Source: Prorocentrum cordatum
Lineage: Eukaryota
Direction of reading: 5' to 3'
Length of the DNA stretch: 64,000 bases
Assembly: GCA_963575745.1 (NCBI GenBank)
Contig: CAUYUJ010000278.1
Span: forward strand, 1 to 64,000
The notes beneath the pieces were generated by a model that did no database searches, was not told the DNA's origin, and saw only the letters and a list, made by a program, of their open reading frames with translations. Positions 22,701 through 36,566 of this stretch are shown piece by piece. Both the position numbers and the translations under genes were made by a program. Every line of letters begins with the position of its first letter. Within the stretch, counting starts at the first letter, position 1.

Positions 22701-23520
22701 CCCAGGAAAGGCGCCTGGATGAAGTCCTCGCGAGCCTGGCAAGACAAATCCGGGGGGGAGGCCTGCAAGAAGACCCCAGCACAGCATGGCACCGACGGCA
22801 AACCCGATCCTCGAGCCCGACGGGGGCCCCAAGGTCCAGTGCAAAGCCAACACCGACGAGCAAGTTTCTCGGGGGGGGGGCATTGCTTCCTGCAGAGTCG
22901 AGCAACGAGTTCGACGTCTGCGGACGCGTCGCAGGCGGCTGCTCCCCCCCACAGAGGCACGCCCTGGAGATCGCAGCTGTTTTTGGGCAACTGCCCGTGG
23001 AGATGACCTCCACAGCGACGGCAGACGGCACCCTGGCCGAGTCTGCCAATCCAGATGCGCGGCGCTTCGCGGCGGATGCGAGCCGCTTCTTTCGCAGAGC
23101 AGAAGAACCAGACCCCCTCGACTCTTCGTTCGTCTACGAGGCCCCCATGCAAGACCCCTTGAGGCTCATCGCAAGGGCGCTCTTCGAGGACCCCGAATTA
23201 CGCGGTCGATTCCTTCGGCTTGATCCGCGCGCCCTGCGCGCCGCCGCCGTGACCGCGGCGACCCCGCCCCCACCTGGACTACATGCCCTTGCTCCTGCCA
23301 CTGCTGATACCGACGATGTCGAGCATCCTACTCCGCCTGACCCATGGGCATGCGATATCAAGGATAATACCGACCAGGTCAGCGGCAGGATCTTCCAAAC
23401 ACGCAGGGCCCTGGTGACTCACCAGAGGTTCTCTCGGGTTGGAGGACATTCGTATCGGTCTAGAGTGCACTCGACTACCGTGGCCAATCAGTGCGTATAT
23501 TGCCTACATCAAGCCGTCTC
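19790..23520 (+). pseudogene. Degenerate APE-RT non-LTR retrotransposon (second family)
   Basis: APE remnants VHWNC...VDIIALSGT, AIDYVAV (~20517), DHVPIL (~20629); RT remnants AGDTPAAVLF (~22005), VYADG (22261-22275), GYEHNADKS; C-terminal Cys/His remnants (THQRF...NQCVYC); many frameshifts. Confidence 0.75.
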
Positions 23521-23849
23521 GGCCCAAGTCGGCGTGCAACAGGGCGCGCGACGGCAGGCGGGCGGCCTGCGAAGGTTGCCCGCGCCCAGCGCGGCGAGAG
23601 AAGGCTGCCGCCCGGCGACAGCGGCGCCTCCGGGCGCAGGGCCGGGCCCTCCTGCTCGCCTGGCGCGCGGGCGCTGCGTGTGCCAGAGCTGGCAGTGACA
23701 GCCCAGCTGGAGGAGGGAGGGACGGCAGTGGCAGCACGGTGGGAGTCGATGGGCGGGGTGAGCCAGGAGGAGCGTGGAGAGACGGCAGTGGCAGCGCCGT
23801 GGGCGGGCGGGCAGTGGGCGCGAGTCTTGGTGGCGATCGAAGCAGCAAC

Positions 23850-24890
23850 CCGCGTCCGCACGACGGTAACCAGCAGCGCCACCGTGGCCAGCACGACGCG
23901 AACCAGCAGCATCACCGAGACCAGCAGAACGATCAGCAGCAACTCCATCAGCACCACGACCCACGCCCAAGTCCAGCAGCAGAACCACGACCATCGCCCC
24001 CAGCACGAGACCGACACCAGCATCTCCGCGACCGACGCTGGCAGCTCCACGACCAAGCAACGACCGACTCCAGCACCACCAGAGCAACCAACCAGCAGCA
24101 CCACAACCAACCGACAATCCACGCTCCCAGAGCGACCAACCAGCAGCACTCCGACCAGCCAGCGACCGACCCCAGCGACCAAACGGCAGCACAGCGACCT
24201 ACGTCAGAGGCGCAACGAGCAGCTCCAACAGCACCACGGCCAACTCCAGCAGCACCTGGGCCGATACCAGTAGCACTAGACCGACGCCGGCAGCATTGCG
24301 ACCAACTCCAGCAGCGCCGCGATCAACTTGCGACCGACCACAGCGCCGCCATAGCGAGCAACCAGCAGCACCGTGACCCACCTGCGACCGACCCCAGCGC
24401 CCCCAGAGTGAGGAACCCGCAGCACTGCGACCAACCAGCGACCGACCCCAGCGACCGCCCAACAATGCCACGACCGACTCCAGCAACACCGCGGTCAGCT
24501 CCTGTAGCACCACGACCGACTCCTGCAGCACCTCGGCCGACACCAGCAGACCTAGACAGCACCAGCAGCACCGCGACCGACCCCAGCAGCTCCACGACCA
24601 ACCAGCGACCAACTCCAGAGCCACCAACCAGCAGCACCACGACCAACCGGCATCCGACGCCAGCGACCAGGCAGCAGCGCAGCGGCCAGCTCCTGCAGCA
24701 CTGCACCCAACTCCACAAGCGACTTCGCCGACGCCAGCAGTCCTAGACCGACCCCAGCAGCACCGCGACCAACTGGCGACCGACCCTAGCACCATCCGGG
24801 CGAGCAACCAGCAGCACTGCGACCACCATGCAGCCGACCCCAGTAACCAAGCAGCTGCACTACAACCAACCCCAGCACGTGGTCACCAGA
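23850..24890. repeat. CAG/CAC-rich degenerate satellite, block 1
   Basis: Recurrent CCAGCAGCACC, CGACCGACTCCAGCAGCA and CGACCGACCCCAGC motifs. Confidence 0.88.
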
Positions 24891-25030
24891 CGACGGGCGC
24901 GAGCAACGGCCTGACTACGGCGAACGAGGAGGCCCCGCTCCGGGAGTGGAGGGACGGGCGATCCGCGCGACACGTTGGGCGCCTGCTCATCGGACGCGGA
25001 CGCCCGCTCGCTCCCAGAGGGCACTCGTAC

Positions 25031-25930
25031 TTGAGCCTGATTCGGACGGGACTCAGGGCGGTTCCCAGGAACGCCGCGCGCCAGCCCAGGAGACTCGAGA
25101 TCATCGGGCCTCACCTACAAGGCGACGGGATGATGGACCACGTTGGAAGCCTGAATGAAATCACGGACGTGGCCATTGAGCTTGGGGTGGAGCAGTTCGA
25201 CATCATCACAAAGCCCGCGTGCCTGGAAGACGACGACATGGGCGGGGTTTTCCTCTCTTTGGAGCAGCGTCTTCGGGGGATCGGGGTCACCATGCATGCG
25301 ATCGGTAACCAGGAGGTGCATCGCAGGTACTGGTCCGTGGACTTCGACACGCACTCGGTGAGCTTGGACGTTGAGTTCGGCTTGCACACGTTCGAATGGC
25401 ACCCGCCCGGCCCCGCCCCGGCCCTTCGGCACTGCCGCCCGGGCACTGTGGAGATTTTCTCGGTGAAGGGACCTGCTCCAGGGGGCCGAGCGCGGCCCGT
25501 CGAGACCGCGCAACCTGGACCAGCCGACGACGGTGGACATCGGTGGCTCCGACGCAAGCTAGCGCAGGTGGCGGCCCTGGAGCGGCGGCCGCTGCGCGGC
25601 GAGGTCTCGCCCAACCTGGCTCAGCAGCGGCTTCTTGCGCTCGGCCCCGAGCTGCGAGCACGGGCCGCGACCGAGGCGCGGCGGCGAGGGGGATTTTATC
25701 TCGGAGACTTCGAGGTCATTGCTGGTGATTGGGAGTGCCCCAACCCACTGCGCGGCAGACTCAATCCCGCGCGCGCGGAAAGGTGCCATGCTCATGGTCG
25801 CTGTCCGCGCACTGGTGGGCGCCTCAGTTGTCGCGCCCGTCGGCCAGAGTGGGGAGCGCGCGAGCAGGTTCGCGGAGAGCTGCTGGCCCGCATGGCGTGG
25901 GCCACCCGGGCGCTCCAGAGATGGCTACGC
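25031..25930 (+). pseudogene. ORF fragment with degenerate RanBP2-type zinc finger
   Basis: GDWECPNPLRGRLNPARAERC matches the GDWxCP..C.xxNxxxxxxC pattern, with the second Cys as CGC (25751); runs into simple repeats downstream. Confidence 0.4.
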
Positions 25931-26217
25931 CGCCGTCGCCCCCAGCGCGGTGCACGGCAAGAGGGGGGTGGCGAAGAACAAGGAGGAGAAGGAGGAGAAC
26001 GAGGAGGACAACGAGGGAGTGGACAGCTTGACAGACGTGGTGTTCGCGCGGGGAGGCGCGGAGCTCGGGGCCGTGAAGACGCTGGAGGGAGAGGCGGAGG
26101 AGACCGGCAGCACCATCGACCAGCAGGGCCGACTGACCCCCCACCGACCAGCAGCACTTGCGACCAGACTCGCCGGCCTGCAATTCTTCCGACCAGCAGG
26201 CCCGCCGACCGGCGGGG

Positions 26218-26478
26218 CAGAGGCGGCGGAGGCGGCGGCAGAGGCGGCGGAGGCGGCTGCGGAGGCGGCGGAGGCGGCGGAGGCGGCGGCGGCAGCGCCG
26301 TCGGGGGAGCGGGGAGGAACGACAGATGCGGCGCCGACGGGAGGGACGGCAGCGGCGCTCGTGCGCGCGAAGGCGGCGGAGGCGGCGGAGGCGGCGGCAG
26401 CACTGGCGGCGGAGGCGGCTGCGGAAGCGGCGGAGGCGGCGGAGGCGGCTGCGGAGGCGGCGGAGGCGGCGGAGGCAG
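26218..26478. repeat. (GGCGGCGGA)n-type simple repeat
   Basis: Tandem GAGGCGGCG units with GGCTGC variants. Confidence 0.9.
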
Positions 26479-27084
26479 TCCAACAGCACCGCGACCGACT
26501 CCAGCAACGCCAGACAGACACCAACGCCATTCCAGTGCGACTCCAACAGCATCAACACCTGCCCCAACCGCGACACGACCGACTCTCGCGACCTCCAGCC
26601 GACACCAGCAGCCCCACCAACTCCAGCAGCATGACCACGCAGCAGCACCCAGCCAAGACAGCCACTCCCAGCAGAAAACCATCGACACACTCCAGCAACA
26701 CTGGCGGGAGCCACCCCGGAGGCGGGGCGGTGGGAGGGGCTCGGAGAGACGGCGGCGGCCTGGTTGGAGGAGGAGGGGGAGCGGGGGGCGGCAGTAGAGG
26801 CGTGGACGGTGGCAGCCCGGCGGAGGGTGGCAGCTGCGGCGGCGGCGATGGCGGTGGAGCAGCGATGCCCACCGACGCTGACGCTGCTCTCGGAGCCGAC
26901 GTGCCTCCGAGAGTTGACAGTGAAGCTCTAATCGAGTATTATCAGGAACTTCGCGAGCACGTGGTCTCCTGGCGGCCGGCAGCGAGAGCCGGTCCAACCA
27001 CTGCTCAGCAAGACGCGCGTCGCGAAGCTGAAGCCCGCTACAATCTGCCAGAATGCTCCGGCGAGGGCCTGCGAGAAGGGCCAA

Positions 27085-30000
27085 TCCCAGCTGCACCACG
27101 ACCGACTCCAGCAGCATCTGACCGACGCCAGCAGCGCCACCACCAACTCCAGCAGCACAGCGACCCACTCCAGCGGCACCAGTCCGATTCCAGCAGCGAC
27201 AGCGCCATCACCAGCTGCACCACGACCGACTCCAGCAGCACCTGGCCGACACCAACAGCACCACCACCAACTCCTGCAGCACCGCGACCAAACAGCGACT
27301 GACCCCAGCAGCACCAGCGTGACTCCAGCAGCCTCAACACCAGCCCAAGTTGCACCACGACCGACTCCAGCAGCACCCAACCGACATTAACAGCACCACT
27401 GCCAACTCCATCAGCACAGCGACCAACCAGCGCCCCACTCCAGCAACGGCATTGCGACTCCAACAGCACCCACGCCAACCTCAGCTGCACCGCGACCGAC
27501 TCCAGCACCACCTGACCGACACCAACAGCTCCACCACCACCAACTCCAGCAGCACCACCACCAACCGGCGACCCACTCCAGTGGCACCGCAGCGACTCCA
27601 GCAGCGCCCACGCCAACCCCTGCTGCACCGAGACCGACTTTTGCAGCGCTGGACCGACACTCACAGCACAACGACCAGGTCCAGCAGCACCACGACCAAC
27701 CGGCGACCCACTCCAGCAGATCCAGTGCGACCCCAGTATGATTCGCACCAAACCCAGCCACGCCAAGAACGACTCCAGCTGCACCTGACCGACACCAACA
27801 GCACTGCTTCCGACTCCAGCAGCACCGCGACCATCCAGCGACCCACTCCAGTAGCACTAGTGCGACCCTAGCAGCGCCAACCCCAACCCCAGCTGCACCA
27901 CGACCGATTCCAGCAGTCCCTGACCGACGCCAGCAGTACCACCACCAACTCCAGCAGCACCGCGACCAATTAGTGACCAACTCCAGCAGCACCAGTGGAG
28001 CACGACTGACTCCAGCAGTACATGACCGACACCAACAGCACCATCACCAACCGCAGCACCACCACGACCTACACGCGACCGGCACCGACAGCACCAGTGT
28101 TACTCCAGCAGCATCAACGCCACCACCAGCTGCACCGCAACCGACTCCAGCAGCACCCGACCGACACCAACGACACGACCACCAACTCCAGCAGCACAGG
28201 GAGCAACCAGCGACCCACTCCAGCAGCACCAGTGCGACTCCAGCAGCATCAACGCCATCCCAAACGGCACCACGACCGACCTCAGCAACACCTGACCGAC
28301 ATCGACAGCACCACCACCCACTCCAGCATCACCGCGACAATTCAGCGACCGACCCTAGCAGCACCAGTGCGACTCTAGCAGCATCAAAAGCAAGCTCAGC
28401 TGCACCGCGTCCGACCCCAGCAGCACCCGACTGGCACCAACAGTACCGCCGCCTCACGCAGCACCACGACCAACCGCCGACCCACTCCAGCAGCAGCAGC
28501 AGCAGTGCGACTGCAGCAGCATCCCCACCAACCGCAGCTGCACCGCGACCGACTCCAGCAGCACCTGACCGACACCAACAGCTCCATCACCACCAACTCC
28601 AGCAGCACCACGACCGACCAGCGACCCACTCCAGCAGCACCTTTGCGACTCCAGCAACATCCATGCCAACCCCAGGTGAATCGCGACCGACTCTAGCAGC
28701 GCCGGAGCGAGACCAGCAGCACCACCACCAACCACAACAGCACCGCGACCAACCTGCGACCAAGCCCAGCAGCATTAGCAACAGCAGCAGCAGCGCGACT
28801 GCAACAGCATCCACGCCAACCCCAGCTGCACCACGACCACCTCCAGCAGCACTTGACCGATCCCAGCAGCACCGCCACCAGCTGCAGTTGCACCGCGACA
28901 GACCCGCGACCCACTTCAGTCGCACCAGTGCGACCCCAGCAGCGCCAACACCAGCCCCAGCCGCAACGCGACCGACTCTGGTACCTCCTGACCGACATCA
29001 ACAGCAACACCACCCACTCCAGCAGCACCACGACCAACCAGCGACCTACTCCAGCAGCAGTGCACCACGACCGACTCCAGCTGCGTCCGACCGACCCCAA
29101 CAGGACCGCCACCAACTCAAGCAGCACCATGACCAACCAGCGACCCAGTCCAGCAGCACCAGTGCGACTCCAGCAGCATCAACGCCAACCCCAGCTGCAC
29201 CGCGACCGATTCCAGCAGCACGTGACCGACACCAACAGCACCACCACCACCAAGTCCAGCAGCACCGCGACCAACCAGCGAACCACTCCAGCAGCACCAG
29301 GTGTGACTCTGGCAGCATCAACGTCATCACCAGCTGCACCACGACCGACTCCAGCAGCATTTTACCAACACGAAAAGCAGCACCACCACCTTTCCAGCAG
29401 CACCGCGACCAACCAACGCATGACTCCAGCAGCACCAGTGTGACTCCAGCAGCCTCAGCACCAAATCTAGCTGCACCACGTCCGACTCCAGCAGCACACG
29501 ACTGGCACCAACAGCTCCACCACCAGCTCCAACAGCACCGCGACCAACCTGCGATCCACCCCAGCAGCAGCAGTGCGACTCCAGCAGCATCAACACCAAC
29601 CCCAGCTGCACCGCGACCGATTCCAGCAGCACATCACCGACACCAACAGCACCACCACCGCCATCCCCAGCAGCACGGCGACCAGCCGGCGACCCACTCC
29701 AGCAGCACCAGTGCGACTCCAGCAGCGTCAATTCCATCCCAAACGGCAGCACGACCGACCCCCAGCAGCACCCGACTGGCACCAGCAGCACTGCCATCAA
29801 TTCCAGCAGCACCGCGACCAACCAACGACCCAATCCAGTTGCACCAGTGTGACCCCAGCAGCAGTAACACCAACCCCAGCTGCACCACGACCGACCCCGA
29901 CAGCCCCTGACCGACCCAAACAGCACCACCACCAGCTCCAGCAGCACCACGACCAACCAGCGGTCCACTCCAACAGCACCAGTGCGACTCCAGCAGCATC

Positions 30001-30180
30001 CACACCAACCCCAGCTGCACCACGACCGACTCCAGCAGCACCCGACCGGCACCAACAACCCCAACACTGCTGGGACCAACCGAGACCAGACTCCAGCAGC
30101 ACCAGTGCGACTCCAGCAGCATCAACACCAACCCCAGCTGCACCGCAACCGACCCCAGCACCACCTGACCGACACCACGG
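27085..30180. repeat. CAG/CAC-rich satellite, block 2 (roughly 130-140 bp degenerate unit)
   Basis: Repeated unit AGCACCAGTGCGACTCCAGCAGCATCAACGCCAACCCCAGCTGCACCACGACCGACTCCAGCAGCACCTGACCGACACCAACAGC... Confidence 0.92.
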
Positions 30181-30649
30181 GCCAGCGGTGGCCAGGGGCC
30201 CAAGCGCTGCTCAGGAAGATGCGGGTTGCGAGGATGATCCCGACCTCCATGGGCCACAACGCTTCGACGAGCACGTGCGAGGAGGGCCGACAGTGGACGC
30301 AGGTCGGGACGGCAGTGGCAGCACAGCTGGAGGGGCGAGGAAGGACGGCACGGGCGGCTTGGAGGGCGACGGCATGTTTGGGAGGGACGGCAGTGGCAGC
30401 GCAGTTGGGGATCAGGAGGCGGGGAGGGACGGCAGCGGCGGCAAGTTGGGGGAGGAGGGCAGGAGGGAAGGCAACGGCGGCTGCAGAGCGGCGGGAGGAA
30501 TGGGGATGGACGGCAGCGGAGGCGAGGGCAGTGGAGCGATGGGAGGATTGGGGAGGAACGGCAGTGGAGGCGCGGGGGACGGCAGTGGAGGCGTGGACGG
30601 TGGCGGGACGGGTGGTGGTGGCAGTCGCGGCGGCGGTGGCGGCGGTGGC

Positions 30650-31790
30650 GCAGCAGTGTCAGCTGGCCCTGGCGCTGCTCAGCGAGACGCTGGGAGCGAA
30701 GCTGGAGCCCGCTATCATCAGCCGCTACAGCACTGTGACCAGCGCCTGCGAGAAGGGGCAGTGACAGCCAGCTCTGGCTCGGCGCAGCGAGATGTTGGGA
30801 GTGAAACTGGAGCCCACAGTCGTGAAGCTGGAGCCCAACATCAGCCGCTACAGCACTGTGATCAGCGCCCGCGAGAAGGGGCAGTGGCAGCCAGCTCTGG
30901 CCCGCCCCAGCGAGAGGTTGGGGATGAAACTCGAGCCCGCCATCGCGATCTACAACGACCAGAACAGCGCGCGCGAGAAGTGCTGGCAGCGGCAGCGGGC
31001 CCCATCGCTGCTCAGCGAGATGCGGGTGTTGAAGCTGGAGCCCGCCGTCAAGAGCTCTGGTACTCCGGTCAGAGCGCGCGAGAAGGGCGAGCAGTGGCAG
31101 CGGGCCCTATCGCTGCTCAGAGAGAGGCGGGCGGCGAAGCTGGAGCCCGACATCATGAGCCACATCACGGGGCAGCCGGCCCTACCGCTGCACAGAGGGA
31201 TGCGGGTTGTGAAGCTGGAGCCGGAAGTGTTCACCACCTACGGCACTGTGAGCAGCGCCTGCGAGAAGAGGTGGCCCCGGCAGCGGCAGCAGGCTGCGAC
31301 GCTGCTGAACGAGATGCTCGCGTAGAAGCTGGAGCCCGCCATGATCAACCTCACATGCGAGGAAGGCGGGCAGCGGCGGCCAGCCACGGCGACGCATCAG
31401 ACCTAGCGGCCCCCTCCGACGACGATGACATGTAGCTCCGCGCGCGCGCGAAGGGGCGGCCACTGTGAGCAGCGCCTGCGAGAGGAGGCGGCCCCGGCAG
31501 CGGCAGCAGGCTGCGACGCTGCTGAGCGAGATGCTCGCGTAGAAGCTGGAGCCCGCCATGACCACCCGCGGCACCGCGAGCAGCGCCTGCGAGAGGAGGC
31601 GGCCCCGGCAGCGGCAGCAGGCTGCGACGCTGCTGAGCGAGATGCTCGCGTAGAAGTTGGAGCCCGCCATGATCAACCTCACGCGAGGAGGGCGGGCAGC
31701 GGCGGCCAGCCACGGCGACGCATCAGACCTAGCGGCCCCCTCCGACGACGATGACTTGTAGCTCCGCGCGCGCGTGAAGGGGCGGCCACT
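30650..31790 (+). pseudogene. Degenerate pentatricopeptide repeat (PPR) array
   Basis: ~35 aa repeats such as YSTVTSACEKGQ, WQRALSLLRE and KLEPDIMS, with stops and deletions; the last unit is tandemly triplicated with a shared TAG. A single extra unit lies at ~27000-27083 (LLSKTRVAKLKP...ACEKGQ). Confidence 0.85.
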
Positions 31791-33649
31791 GTCGCCCCCG
31801 CCGCGCGGCCCGGGGACCCCCGCCTCGCCCCCCTGAGACGGGGGCGCGGCGCCGCGCGAGGGGCGGCGCACTGTCTGAAGTCCGCGTTGACCGCGGGGTG
31901 GGGGGGACGCATAAAAAAATGACACCCACTTTGTTCGGCCCACCCCACGCGCTCCACCTGGCCCTGGCGCTCTGCACCTCACGTGCCCCCCCCCCGACGA
32001 TGCTGCCCTGCAGCAGGAACGTAGCTTTCCCCAGCATGATCAGGCGCCCTGCCCCCCCCGCAACCGAGGTCCCACCGCATCGCGCGGCGTGATCACAATG
32101 GCCAAGGTCTCGCTGTATCAGCTATGGCGTCGCCTCCCCCTCCTCTTTTCATTCACCGGATTTTGCGGCTATCGGCTGCGTCTCCCCCCCCCCCCCCTCC
32201 TCCTCCTGTGGATTCGGCCACGCGCGACTTCCCCCCTACCGAAGCTCTTGGAGCAATTGGGTATTTGTGCCACCTGGTGGCTCTCTCGCAGTGCTCCGAG
32301 GTGAGATCGGGCCGCGCTGCTGCCAGGCCCAGCACGTGCCCAAACCTTCCAAGTGGCGCGCGCGGCGATCTCGAGGGAGGGCGACAAGGTCGGAGCCAGG
32401 AGCAAGCAGACACGGGAGGGCCACAAGGTCAGCCTCGACGCCATCGCGGACCAGGAGGAGCTCACATTGCTAGCCAGGGGCTTCCGCGTGAACTTGGCGC
32501 ACAAGGGCGGCGCGGCCAAGCTAGTCATCTCGCTGAGCGACGTGCAGATGCAGAGGAGTTTCGCGGCCTGCCTCGAGCAGCTCGGCGCGGAGCACCGCGT
32601 CGGCATGGCCCCGAGGAGCAACGGCGAACGCATCCTGCAGCTGGCGATCGACGAGTTCGAAAGGACGCGACTCAGGACCGCGCGACGGCGACCACGGCAC
32701 ACGACACCACAGGTGGCGTTACCAGACATGGGAATGAGATTACTGACGCAGCAGTGGCGTTGACGGCCAGGCACGAAGCCCGCGAGGCCAATCGTCCGAG
32801 CGGCAGCGCGCGGCACGGCGCGCACTCCCCCCTGGGCCTCGCGCAGAGCCAGCTCGCTCTGTCACCGACGGCCCGTATCCAAGCCTCTTGGAGGTGGGCC
32901 GTCGTCAGGCGCAGCTGGCAAGTCTAGCGGAGTGGATTCTTCCATTGGCATCGGCGCCCTCAGTGGATTGACTGCTTTGACTGCTTCTGGCGAAAAGTCT
33001 TCTGCCCATGGAAGGGGCGTCTCTGATGCTGGTGGTTTAGAGTCAGCTACTATTCTTGGTGGGGGGTCTACTGCGATCGCTGGGCCCGCGGCGGGTATAT
33101 CAGTGGTTGCCGCGCCTGGCGCCAAGGGTAAGTCTACTGCAGCGAATTCCTCTAATGTCGGCGTGATGAGCGGATTAACTGCCGCTGGTCTGGAGAGTGT
33201 TGTCCATGGAACGGGCTTCTCTGATACTGGTGCGGAGTATGATGTTGATTTTGCTCGTCCTGGGCCTGATGAGGACGTAGTCTTTTCTGGCAGGGCTCGC
33301 CCTGATGTTGGCGTGATCCCAGCAGATCGCAAACGATGGTCGTCCACGTCGGCTCCAGCGAGGTCCCGCGACAGGCCAACCAGCTCCCGTTCGGGTACAA
33401 GGTCTGCTTCCCTTTCTCTCTCCGACTCCTCTGGTCGCACTAAGCGGCCCAATGGGACCCTCGCATTTCTTTTCTAGTTCGGCATCCGAGTCTAAGCCGT
33501 GGTTGAGCGATTTCTCTTCGGGGTTCCCGCCGTGGGGCTCGCTTCCTTATATAGCGCACGGTAGGTCGCCCGTATCCGAGTTCAGCCGGAATGCGGGGTA
33601 GGGAGAGACATTGACCTTCGGCCCATTACCGTCCTGCCGCCGCCGCCTC

Positions 33650-34810
33650 TTCCTCATCATCATCAGCATCATCAGCATCATCATCATCATCATCGCACCA
33701 TCCTCGCAATCAGCTTCGGCACACCCCATCACGAGGATCGTGGCCCCATAGGGAACTCCACCGAAGGCGGTATTCACAGCTGCGGTACTCACAATTGAAT
33801 ATAGCTGGGTCCTTCGCCAGGCTCATTCCCTGGCGTCCTGTGGTGCTGGGTTCTCGCTTTGAAGAAAGAGCGCCCCGCGTTCCTCCTCTTCTCCTCTCCC
33901 CCTTCCTCCTCCCATCCATGCCTCTGCGTTTCGCGTGTCAGCATTGTCATCAGCATGATCCTCCCCCTCACCATTATCGCCGTTATCATCACCATCACTG
34001 CCATCAGCTTCAGCACGCCCCATCACGAGCCCAGGGGTGCCTCCCGCATGCGTCCGACCCACACATTCAGCAAATCCCTCACGATGGTCGAGGCTCCAAC
34101 GGAAACTCCACCGAAGGTCCCAAGGGCGCCCCTTCACGAGGATCGCGACCCAAGTTATACGGGCGCCGCTCGCATGCGTCCGACGCACCCATGCCGGCAC
34201 ACCCGTCACAAAAATCGTGGCCACATCAGGGGCTCCACCGAAGGTCCCAGGGGCGATGCCCGCATGCGTCCGACCCACCCATTTCGGCACACCTTTCACG
34301 AGGACTGCGGCCCCATAAGGAGCCCCACCGAGGGTCCGAAGGACGCTGCCCGCATGCGTCCGACTCGCCCATTTCTGCACACCCCTCACGAGGATCGTGT
34401 TGCCATCAGGAGTTTCACCGAAGTTCCCAGGGGCGCCGCCCGCGTGCGTCCGACCCACGCATGTTGGCACACCCCTCACACGGATCGTGGCCCCATCAGG
34501 AGCTCCACAAAAGGTCCCAGGGTCGCCGCCCGCATGCGGCAAACCCACCCATTTCGGCACACCCCTCACACGTTTCGCGGTCCAGAGGGAGCTCCACCGA
34601 AGGTCATCGAGGCCGTCTTCGCGCGCGCCTCCCCCGCCAATGTCGTCACGCCCCTCACGTCTCGTGGCCCCATAATGAGCTCCACCGAAAGTCACAGCGG
34701 TCGTCATCGCATGCGTCTCCCCCACAGCCCGCATGCGGTACTCGCCCTATGTTAGCACACCCGTCACGCGGTTCGCCCGTTTCACGTGGTTCGCGGCCCC
34801 ATACGGAGTT
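33650..34810. repeat. Second copy of the composite (CAT)n / ~80 bp minisatellite repeat family
   Basis: Units GGCCCCATCAGGAGCTCCACCGAAGGTCCCAGGGG...CGCATGCGTCCGACCCACCCAT; shares the ~200 bp segment with 19310-19535. Confidence 0.88.
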
Positions 34811-36566
34811 CCGATTCGATCGTCCCGCTTGTTTTGCGGAATTCACAACTGTATATATTTGGGCCATTTGCTAGGATAATTGTTGTTTGGGAGGGGGGCC
34901 CGGTCAAGGGTTTGTTCCCCAGGCAAGCGTCCATGAGACGCGTTCTCTCCAACATCCGAACCCTACCCCCGCTAACCATCGATTCTCCTGAGTGGATGGG
35001 AGGCGGGGGTAGGTTTCTGATTTCACCACGTGCTCGACATGTCCCGAACCCTATCGTTGATCGGCGAGGATAGGGCTCTGATTTCGCCGCCGAACCTTCC
35101 CCCAGCCTCTCAGAAGGTTCGGAGGGCATCAGGTTCTTGAGGAACCGCCTCCGTCCACGCAAGACTGCAAGGAGCTCCCTGCCCTCTCAGGAGCCTGCCC
35201 CCCGAGCCTTGCCCCTTTTATGCTCGCCGACGCGCGCGGTTGGCAAAGGAAGGGTAGGAGTATGCATGGGTGAACAAACAATGGCACAAACATAAACTTC
35301 GGAGGTCCGCGCACATTTCTCGGATCGGCGCTGGACCCCCCTTCCTTGGCGCGCGGAGCGCGACAGGGGCTGCGCCAGGTGCGCCGCCAGGGGGCCCCAA
35401 CGCCGATCCGAGAAATCTGTGCTGGTCTCCGAAAGTTGATTAGGTTGTTTCTGGTCCTGCTGTGCTGCCGCACATACGAGTGGGCGCGCCCGGCGCCAAT
35501 GGCGCCTCGAGGTGCGTAGGTCACCAGCCAGTTGAAGATTATTTCCGAACCCCTCCTTTGCTAGCCCCCCCTTTTCATCCCCCCCGTGCCTCACCATGGC
35601 CACTCGTTTCCTCTGCACCGTGGAGGCCCCCATTCACCATAGGATCGGAGACCCGAAAGGCCAACGTCGCCCCTGCCATGGCCTTTTAGATCCCGCCTTC
35701 CCATCACGATTTCTTTGATATCCCCCCAAAACACACACATCTATATTAAGACATACAGATATACATCTTGCTGAGCCAGGAGAAGAGCAGGACAGGAGGA
35801 GGAGGAGAAGGAGAAAAAGGAGGAGAGGAAGGCGGTCAGGAAGAGGAGGAATGCTTGGAGATTGAGTAGCAGGCCAAGCAGGAAGAGAACATCGAGGACC
35901 AGGACATTACGGGGAAACAGGAGCTGAAGGAGGAACACCGGGAGCAGGAGTATAGGGGGGGAGACTACAACACGCCCACTCGGTGTCTATGCGCTGTGGA
36001 TGCCTTAACCCCCACGCGCCTACGCGTTGTTGCATGGAGGGGCTTCTCTGTGGCCGTGGTTGAACGTGTCCAAGAAAAGACCTGGAGATTGCGTTCAGGA
36101 GATGGTTGGAACCAATGTTCAATCAGCGATGCTGCGCGCATACTCCCGCATGTTATGTGTTGCGCGCTTGTCGATTTCGGTGCACCACGGCTTCTCGGTC
36201 AGGCGGCTATTCATTTGCGAGATCGTTTATCCATTCGATTTATACAGCTGGTAATGAAATCAGGATCGTCTTTTCCTTTCAGCCAGCCCCCGCTTCCCGC
36301 CAGTGGCTCAACACTTCTTCCATATCTTCCTGCACAGAGTCAAAGTTTGAAGGGCTCCTGGTACTTCTCATCATCCTCCTGTCTCTTCTCTCCACCTCCC
36401 CTCCCGCCCTCTCTTACTCCTTATTCCTCCCGCCTCATCCTCCTATTTATCTCCCAGCTTTTCTGACTGTCCGCCATTGGTTTCCCTTTCGGTCCCCCTC
36501 AACTCCCCCTGTGCTGAAGGGGGGGAGGGAAAGGCAGTATGCATATGTTCTCTGGCCTCCTGATAG

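Noticed and set aside
23439..31435. Long Gln/His/Pro/Thr-rich ORFs (435-645 aa)
   Set aside because: Open in several frames on both strands because the CAG satellite lacks stops; no domain signal apart from the PPR relic in another frame.
32862..33477. Overlapping 181/196 aa ORFs in a lower-GC patch
   Set aside because: No recognisable motifs or splice context; coding strand cannot be assigned.
34860..35700. Possible minus-strand RT remnant
   Set aside because: Only vague fragments; no QG or YxDD motif I could support.
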